DNA of 64,000 bases from Octopus vulgaris (lineage: Eukaryota): contig OX597823.1 in NCBI GenBank assembly GCA_951406725.2, positions 55,428,001-55,492,000 on the forward strand. The letters are read 5' to 3'. Position numbers and translations under genes: made by a program. Positions within the stretch are counted from its first letter, which is position 1; every line of letters starts with the position of its first letter. Below are positions 54,905-64,000 of this stretch, piece by piece. Under the pieces are notes generated by a model that was not told where the DNA came from, ran no database searches, and worked only from the letters and a program-made list of their open reading frames with translations.

Positions 54905-55432
54905 ACAAGTATGGACTTGACAGAGCAAACAAGTGACACGAACATAAACTCGAAGGCATCATCGAAACTGATAACGTAAAGCTCCTATGGGATTTCATGA
55001 TTCAGTGCGACCATGAGATAGAGAATAGGAAACCAGGCATAGTGTTAATTGAGAAAGAAACAAACTATGCTGGATCATGGATATAGTATGCCCAGCTGAC
55101 AACAAGGTATGCGATGAGGAAGAAAGAAATGTTGATAGATATAACAGGTTAGCTTGGGAGGTTAAGCAGTTGTCGTCGCTGAAAAAGGTTGTATTAATAC
55201 CAATAATTGTCGGAGCCCTGGGAACAGTTAGTAAAAATCTTGAGAATTACATAGAACAAATAGGGGCAGTAATAATGGTAGAGCACTTGCAGAAAACAGC
55301 ACTGCCTGGAACCGCTCGAATACTCCGGATGGTGCTCGAAAAATAAGGGGTATTACCTCAGTTCACTGGTAGTGAACAGCTGACACCGTGGTACATCTAC
55401 AGCGTTAAAAGCAGTGCAAAGACAATATAATA
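54905..55432 (+). mobile_element. Third R4/Dong-like family, 3' fragment with (TAA)n tail
   Basis: KLLWDFMIQCDHEIENRKPGIVL..MDIVCPAD..DRYNRLAWEVK..IPIIVGALGTV..LQKTAL.GTARILR. Confidence 0.88.
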
Positions 55433-55477
55433 ATGATAATAATAATAATAATAATGATAATAATAATAATAATGATG

Positions 55478-55539
<62 letters not shown>

Positions 55540-55542
<3 letters not shown>

Positions 55543-55977
55543 CCTTTCTACTATAGGCACAAGGCCTGGAATTCAGGGGAGAGGGATAGTCAATTACATC
55601 GACCTCAGTATTTGATTGGAACTTGTTTTATCGATCCTGAAGGATGAAAGGTAAAGTCGACCTCGGCGGCATATCAACTGAGATCGTAAAGACGAACGAA
55701 ATGTTGTTAAGCGTTTTGTCTGGTGAGTTAACGATTCTGCCAGCTCTCTGTTTCAATATTAATAATCCTTTGTACTATAGGGACAAGGCCTGAAATTTTA
55801 GGAGAGGGGACTAGTCGATTACGTAGACCCCTGTACTCAACTCGTACTTATTTTATCGACCCAAAAAGGATGAAAGGCAAAGCCGACCTCGGCGGAATAT
55901 GAACTCAGAACGTAAAGACGGACGAAATGCCGCTAGGCACTTTTCCTGTATGCGAAAGATTCTGCCAGCTCGCCACC
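55540..55977 (-). mobile_element. Two tandem family A SINEs
   Basis: Reverse-complement heads end at about 55745 and 55977. Confidence 0.8.
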
Positions 55978-56199
55978 TTAATGATAACAATAATAATGAT
56001 AATATTGATGTTGATGATGATGATGATGATGACGACGACGACGACGACGATGATGAAAGAAAGAAGAATTCCAAAACTTTGTGTGTTTAGTACACCCCGT
56101 GTGATATACGCTTGCATGGCATGAACTCTCACTACAGAGATTCCGAGGCGCTGGAATTGAGACCCTCATATTTCGACCACATCCCCAACGATCATTTTG

Positions 56200-56520
56200 A
56201 CCGCATCACCAGCGAGTAGTTTCGCGAAACGATCCAGCATCACATCAGCTAACATGGAATTCCTTCATACTGATACGAAGAAAAAAAACCGAGACTCAGG
56301 TGCGTGACTCTGAAACAAGAAGCTGTCGCGTTGCGGAAAACTGTTCTTGATGGAAACTGTAGACGGGCAGTGAAAGAAGAAGATACCGACAAAGGAAAAG
56401 ATGGACGGATAACATCAAAGAGAGGAAATCGAATCATTAACGGAACCCTGGGTTCTAGCAAGCGGTTAAGATATATTGGAGAAGATTGATGTACGACATT
56501 AGAGGATGGTGCAACAACTA
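56200..56520 (+). mobile_element. RTE-like 3' remnant
   Basis: KKPRLR..KTVLDG..QRKRWTDNIKE. Confidence 0.6.
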
Positions 56521-56602
56521 CTTCTTTCCACTAACAGGTGTTTGAGGGCTTAAGCAAGCAAGCAAGCAAACAGAAAACTTCAGAGGAAGGGGAGGGGGGA
56601 GA

Positions 56603-56603
<1 letters not shown>

Positions 56604-56662
<59 letters not shown>

Positions 56663-56954
56663 GTAGAAGAAGAAGAAGAAAAGAAGAGGGTGAGGAGGGG
56701 GGAGAAGAAGAAGAAGAAGGAGGAGGAGGAGGAGGAGGAGGAGGGGGAGAAGAAGAAAGAAGAAGAAGGAGGAGGAGGATGCGGATGGGGGGGGGAGAAG
56801 AAGAAGAAGAAGAAGAAGAAGGAGGAGGAGGAGGAGGAGGAGGATGAGGAGGAGAAGAAGAAGAAGAAGAAGAAGAAGAAGAAGAAGAAGAAGAAGAAGA
56901 AGAAGAAGAAGAAGAAGAAGAAGAAGAAGAAGAAGAAGAAGAAGAAGAAGAAAG
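56604..56954. repeat. Compound (TAA)n/(GAA)n/(GGA)n tract
   Basis: Directly visible repeat. Confidence 0.95.
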
Positions 56955-57316
56955 ACTAGTACGAACAGCAAGATAAACAACAGCAAAGACCACTAATCAC
57001 CATTATGAAAGTAACGGAAATATAAGACATCATTGTCCTGAACAAACGGAATAAATATTAGCTGCCAAGATACCAAAAACAACTGAAAAAAAAAACAATC
57101 AATGATATCGGCAATACCAACATCAAAGAAGTTAAGGAAAACAACAGCTGCAATAACAACAACTACAACTGTATCGAGAATATTGATGAGGATTATTGAG
57201 AAAAACGTAACGTGAACAGCTTTCTAAATAAACAGAACGCTAAAAATTAACAATTCATACATACATACATATACAGACAATCATATAGACATGGTTATGC
57301 AGGTAAGTACATAGAC

Positions 57317-57355
<39 letters not shown>

Positions 57356-57595
57356 TGTGTGTGTGTGTGTATGTGTGTTTGTGTGTGTGTATTGAAATAC
57401 ATGCAAAGATATAGATATAGATATACACATATACATATATACACATATAGACCTATATATATATATATTCATATAAAGGAGCACGATGTAACAGTTCATT
57501 ATATATGCCATCTCTATATACATACATGTATATACATGAATTTTATACATAAGTATATATATATATATGTATGTATGTTGAATTGTATACATAAG

Positions 57596-57631
<36 letters not shown>

Positions 57632-57977
57632 TGTATGTATGTATGTATGTATGTATATAATGCTGTGATGTTCTTCGTGTGTGTGTAAACACTTGCACAA
57701 ACGTGGACACGCACAGACACACACATAGTCACATGCACGTACACACACGTACACACACGCACACACAGTCACACACAAACACACGGACACACGCTCGCAC
57801 ATCAAAGTACGAATAAAAAAAAAACGTCGAATTACGCACGTACGTGAAATCTCAAAAAGGAGCGAATTTTTCGAGAAATAATAGTGTATACATACAGGTT
57901 ATATACATACATGCATACATACATACATACATACATACATACATACACGCATATGCACGCACACACACACATACACT

Positions 57978-58015
<38 letters not shown>

Positions 58016-58184
58016 CATACACGCACATATATAACTACACACTCACAGCTATATATGTATATATATAAACACGCACACAAAAACACATATACGCGAGGAC
58101 ACACACGCATACCTATTTATAGTTACATATACGTTTTTATGAGTGTCTATGTATGTAAATGTGCATCGTTTTGTTCTTTTATGT

Positions 58185-58575
58185 TCTTTTACTTGTTTCA
58201 GTCATTTGACTGCGTCCTTGCTGGAACATCGCCTTTAGTCGAGCAAATCGACCACAAGGCTTATATTTTGTAAGCTTAGTACTTATTCTATCGGTCTTTT
58301 TTGCCAAACCGCTATGTTACGGGAAGTAAACACACCAGCATCGGTTGTCAAGCGATGTTGTGGAGACAAACGCAGACCCACAAACATACACACACACACA
58401 CACACACACAGACACACATATATATATATACACACATATACGACAGGCTTCTTCCAGTTTCCGTCTACCAAATCCACTCACAAGGCTTTGATCGGCCCGA
58501 GGCTGTAGTAGAAGACACTTGCCCAAGTGAACCCAGGACCATGTGGTTGGGAAGCAAGCTACTTACAGCCACTCC
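58185..58575 (-). mobile_element. Family B SINE
   Basis: Full reverse-complement consensus with internal (CA)n. Confidence 0.85.
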
Positions 58576-59187
58576 TGTTTCTTTTTGTCGCGTGAACATT
58601 CTGGGATGATTTATAGAATGAGTTTCTCTCTAGAAGATTTTAGTCTTAATACCTATTAGTATGCACCTAGATGTATGTGCGTGTATTAGTTTGTTTGTTT
58701 GTGTGTGTGTGAGAGAGAGTGTATATTTTGTATTTTATTTTGTAATTTTATTTGCATCGTTTTTACGTCCTGTTTTTGTCACATTTTTTTCTTTCCTTGT
58801 TTTTACCCCTCTGCGAAGGAATTTTATTTAATTCTTTCGCAGGAAGGGCTAGTTCGACGAGTCGTGTTCTGTCCTCACCTTCGAAACACGCAGCTGTCGT
58901 ACTAGGGACAGCTGATGAAGGGGAATTTTCCTTGTGTTGTTTGTCTTGTACTCTGTTTTTTCGTTGTTAAAAAAAAGGTCCGTTTCCATGTTTGTTTTTA
59001 CGTTTTCGTTTCTCGTTGAGTTCTACGTCTATTTGTGGTGTCCTGTACTCATGTATATATATTTATATATGCATGTATATATACATGTAGATGTAGGTAC
59101 GTACATATATGTATGTATGTATGCATATATTTATTAGACTATTGTATGACTGAGCGCCTTCGCGTCGTTTCGTTTCCTCCAAGTAAG

Positions 59188-59229
<42 letters not shown>

Positions 59230-59264
59230 TTTTGTTTATATGTATATCTCAATGTGAATATATT

Positions 59265-59302
<38 letters not shown>

Positions 59303-59306
59303 AATA

Positions 59307-59375
59307 TACGAGGGATTGCTGAAACGCTTATGGCTTTGGGTAAAAGCGCCAGGAACTTTTCAGCAGACCCTTGTA
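59307..59375. mobile_element. Tiny mariner-type MITE
   Basis: TA-flanked inverted termini tacgaggg..tgctgaaa / tttcagca..cccttgta. A related longer copy lies at about 59892-60090. Confidence 0.65.
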
Positions 59376-59670
59376 TGTATGTATGTATGTATGTATGTAT
59401 TATATATAATTTAAACATTAATTTTCTTCTTACATTTCACATTCACTAGATATACCTTTTTCGTAGTCTATAAGGTTTTATTTAATATACATATAGTCAT
59501 ATACTTCTCATTTATTTAGTTTTTCATTAATTTATCCCTCCTCTTTCTTTAGGCTACCTCGGACGCTATATTATAGAACGTTTTTCCCAACAATATTAAT
59601 AGCGTTCAGCTATCACTATACATATCCACCATTTTTTTTTAAATGTCTTTTTGACGAGTCTCATTTCTTC

Positions 59671-59758
59671 ACTTCCCTGAAGTGAAGATTACATTGTTTT
59701 ACACCATTTTATTCCTTTGGAATAATATCAATGATATCTTCGAGACACGTGTCGAAGT
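59671..59758 (+). ncRNA. Decayed minimal hammerhead motif (related to 20210)
   Basis: ACUUCc-CUGAAGU-GAAGAU...AUCUUC-GAGAC-ACGU-GUC-GAAGU. Two core substitutions; stems and palindromic loop are retained. Confidence 0.65.
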
Positions 59759-59759
59759 A

Positions 59760-59791
59760 AAAGAATTTGAATTACACCTACGTTAAACTCC

Positions 59792-59843
<52 letters not shown>

Positions 59844-59875
59844 GGAGTTTAACGTAGGTGTAATTCAAATTCTTT
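59760..59875. repeat. Palindrome centred on (TA)n
   Basis: aaagaatttgaattacacctacgttaaactccatt-(TA)n-aatggagtttaacgtaggtgtaattcaaattcttt. Confidence 0.92.
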
Positions 59876-60086
59876 ATATATATATATATATACCAGAGGG
59901 TGCTGAAAAATTCTTGGCCTTGAGTAAAGCAAGATACAGTAGAATCAGTTAATTATGATTTTATTCCTCTCTCAGATTCACACTCTTATTGCAAGGTTTT
60001 GTAATCCTTTCAAAGAACTCGGAAGGTTGGGCTTCCAGCCAAGCCTTTCGCGACACCCTGGAAGCCATGAGGTTTTCACCACTCCC

Positions 60087-60139
<53 letters not shown>

Positions 60140-60201
60140 CATACATACATACATATATTACATATATATGTATATATAATGTATGTATGTATGTATATAT
60201 A

Positions 60202-60250
<49 letters not shown>

Positions 60251-60251
60251 A

Positions 60252-60405
60252 GGCAAGAATGGAGAACAAATTTCAAAGGTCAAGTCCCTTTATCCAATCA
60301 AGTACAAATATACTAATTGATAGCGTATATGAATGTACCTAAGATGCGAAGAGATTTAATTTGATAAAGGGACTTGACCTTTGAAATTTGCTCTCCATTC
60401 TTGCC
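60252..60405. repeat. 43-bp inverted repeat between (TA)n tracts
   Basis: ggcaagaatggagaacaaatttcaaaggtcaagtccctttatc and its reverse complement with one mismatch. Confidence 0.9.
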
Positions 60406-60423
60406 ATATATATATATATATAC

Positions 60424-60459
<36 letters not shown>

Positions 60460-62249
60460 TGAAGAGCGCTAATTAGTTTCATTGTATTAAAGGATATCCT
60501 TTTATATACTTTATATACTTTATATACATTATTATATAATAATGCGCACACAGATATATACACGCGCGCGCGCACGCAGAGACACACACATATATATGTA
60601 TATACATCCATATATATATATATATATATATACATACAAACACACACAGACACTTATATATATATAAAGATAGATATATAGACTACTAGATAGAAGTATT
60701 TATATTTATATATAATGTATATATTCATATGCATACATACATACGAGGAACTCCGAATGAATTAAAAGGTAAGGTAATCCAAGTGCAGAGAAAGTAAGAA
60801 ATCCATGAATGAGGTACTCCATAGTCGGAGTACCTCAAATAAACAAACAATTCAAATAAACCGATAAAAAAAGGAAGAAAAAGAAAGACAGCGAATACGA
60901 GGACGAGCACAAGAAATATATTAGCTTGAGGTTCACTGGAAGGAGTGATTTTAACGTTTCGAGCATAGCTCTTCGTCGAAAAAAAAGAGCTCTGCTCGAA
61001 ACGCTTAACTCTCACCTTCCACCGAGCGCCAAGCTAATATACTGCTTGTGCACGTCCTCACGTTCCTTTTCTTCGTTTTTCATCCGTTTATTTGAATTGA
61101 GTGTATATGGGGGAGAATTCACAAAAAAACAAAACACGAAAACAGGTGGTGTAGACAACAAACAGATGTATTAATATAATGCTCGGGAAGTGAAAAAGTC
61201 TTTAACGTTTCGAGCCTACGATCTTCCACAGAAAGGAACACTGAAAGAAACAAGGAGAGAAAATAAAGAATGTGTAGTGGCTAGCGATCTATCATGGCGA
61301 CGTGTATGGGCTTGTTTTGAGTTCAATTACACCTGTTTCTTGTACCAAACGTATATATCTTTTATTTTGTCTTTTACTTGTTTCATTCACACATAAGACG
61401 GGCTTCTTTCAGTTTCCGACTCACAAGATTTTGGTCAGCTCTATGATATAGTAGAAGAAATTTGCCCAAAGTGCCACGCAGTTGGACTGAACCCAGAACC
61501 ATGTGACGGGGAAGCAAACTTCTTGTATCTGTATGTATGTATGTGTGTGCGTGTGTGTGCGTGTGTGTGAGTGTGTGTGTGTTGTGTATGTTTGACACAA
61601 GATGTAGTTTGTCCATCTATGTCATTTGTTGTTTACTACCACACGTTTCTCATTATCATCATTATTATGTTTCTTTTAATAAATTTTTTAAAATACATTT
61701 CTCCCTTCATTTCCGTTCATATTTTTTTTCTACTTACCGCCTTGATTTCAAATTCTTTTTTTCTCCTTATTTCCTTTGTTTTCATCCAAACTGAAACTTG
61801 TAAACAAGATGGAAAAAATTTGATTTTAGAAAATTAGATAAAAACAAAAGTCTTTCCTGTGAATGATTTTTCTTTACGTTTTTCTTTTTAGCTAATCTTT
61901 GCATTGTTTAAGACAGTAAACTTTGACTCTTTAACTGTTTCACGTCATTGTAGTGTCATTGTTTCATTTGACTGTATGTTTAACAATCTTTTGTTTGAAT
62001 TTCAAATTAAAATTATAAAGCTGCAGTGTTTGATTTCTTAATTTGATTAGACTATTTCTCTGTACTTGCTTGTCTGCATTGTTGTCTACAGTACATATTC
62101 ACAATATCTCTTCTGTCAGTTTATAGAGATTCCGTGTCTCATTTTTCTCAACGTATCAACTGTCTTCATTGCCATTTATTGTATATTTTCTATCTACCAG
62201 TTTATCTAATATTGTAGTGTTGGATTGCTTCACCTGTTCCACTATACTG

Positions 62250-62705
62250 ATTTCAAATTTTGGTAACAAGGCAATCAATTTCAGGGGAGGAAGGGTAAGT
62301 CGGTTACATCACACCCCAGTATTCAACTGGTACATAATTTATTCACCTCGGAAACATGAAAGGCAAAGCCAACATCGGCGGAATTTGAACTCAGAACGTA
62401 AAAACGAACGAAATGCCGCTAAGCATTTTGCCCAGCGTGCTAATGATTCTGCCAGCTCGCCGTCTTCACCTGTTCCGCTATACTGATTTCAAATGTTGGC
62501 ACAAAGCAATCAATTTCGGAGCGGGGCTGGGGGGAATAAGTCGATTACAACAACTCCAGTGCTCAAATGGTACTCATTTTACCCACCCGAAACGATGAAG
62601 TTCAAAGTCGATATCGGTTGAATTTGAACCCTGAAAGTATAAAAACAAACGAAATGCCGCTAAGCATTTTGCCCAGAGTGCTAACGTTTCAACCAGCTCG
62701 CCGCC
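62250..62705 (-). mobile_element. Two tandem family A SINEs separated by a repeated target sequence
   Basis: tcacctgttccactata-like sequence at 62230, 62466 and 62707. Confidence 0.8.
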
Positions 62706-63459
62706 CTCACTTGTTCCACTATATTGTTTCTTGGCATTGCTCTCTATTTGACATTATCCCTTAGTCTAAATGTGCACTTCATTATACTTCGGCAATCTAA
62801 CCTCTTTCGCCGTATCTTATTTTTTATCCATTTGCATGCTCTTCTGCAATATTTTCTCTGTACATTGTTTTCTGTTGGACAGTTTCCACTCTATCATTTG
62901 TTTTACTGTACACTTTGTAATGTTTTAACATTCTGATCTGATTTACTGCAGCCTTTGTTAAAAGCAGTGTTTCTCAACCATTCTTTTTACCTAAGGACCT
63001 CTTTTGATTCCTATTTTACTCGGATGAACACTTATAGCCATTCAATGTTTACAAATCCAATCATATTTTTATACTTAAATATGAGGAATTACATTTAAAA
63101 AAGTGTTTTGTGTATTGTAGAAGGCCGATTTTTTTTGTACATAAACGTGAACAAAATCTTACAGGGAACCCCAGTTGAGAACAACTGGTATAAAGTGATC
63201 TACTACACATTAAACCCCTACCATTTGCCTAACTGCACCAGTTTGACGCTGTATTCATTGTTTGTTGCTGTCTAACCGCATACTTGAATTATTCTCAATT
63301 TGGTCCTTTGTCCTGACAGTTTACTCTCCGACAATCTTGGTTATACTTAGTATCTGCAATGGGTGGCCTCTTAACATTCTGTTGCTGGATTTACTATTTC
63401 ATTAAACGCACATTCTAACTGTACTGTACTGTAGTAGTAGTAGTAGTAGTAGCAGAAAC

Positions 63460-63573
<114 letters not shown>

Positions 63574-63744
63574 TGTTGTTGTTGTTGTTGCTCAATTCAA
63601 GTTATCCATCTCATCCGTGACCATGCCATCTTTTATGGGTATTTAGGACTCCATTACCTAATGTGCCCTTTAACTTAAAAAAAAATTAGATGGGATTTGA
63701 GGAAGAAGTGAGTTGATATAGTTTATGAATAACTGTATTGAATA

Positions 63745-64000
63745 AATTTTCTACTCTAAGCACAAGGCCTGAAATTTTCTGGGAGGGGGCGAGTCGATTA
63801 GATCGACATCAGTACGCAACTGGTACTTAATTTATCGGCCCCGAAAGGATGAAAGGCAGAGTCGACCTCGGCAGTATTTGAACTCAGAACATAAAGACAG
63901 ACGAAATACCACTAAGCATTTCACCCAATGTGCAAACGTTTCTTATTTCTTTATTGCCCTCAAGGAGCTAAACATAGAGGGGACAAACAAGGACAGACAA
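63745..64000 (-). mobile_element. Family A SINE multimer running off the window
   Basis: Reverse complement of consensus units joined at ttatttcttt. Confidence 0.8.

Overview
AT-rich, microsatellite-dense animal genomic DNA, very probably octopus/coleoid cephalopod (inferred from the tRNA-derived SINE families and the repeat landscape), intronic or intergenic. I found no convincing host protein-coding exon; almost all listed ORFs are translations of (TA)n, (CA)n, (TACA)n, (TAGA)n, (TAA)n or (GAA)n repeats. The real content is retroelements. It includes decayed Penelope-like elements (GIY-YIG), three families of R4/Dong-type RLE non-LTR retrotransposons sitting in microsatellites, RTE, Tx1 and CR1/L2 fragments, a mariner remnant, MITEs and about 40 SINE copies. 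The strongest unannotated signal is a dense population of minimal type I hammerhead-ribozyme (HHR) motifs: roughly 20 intact or decayed copies from at least 7 sequence families. They are carried by Penelope termini and by short non-coding elements that insert into (TA)n tracts, often as inverted hairpin duplications. A second signal is an R4/Dong-like family whose junctions all fall in (TACA)n. All structures were read by eye, and coordinates of decayed elements are approximate.
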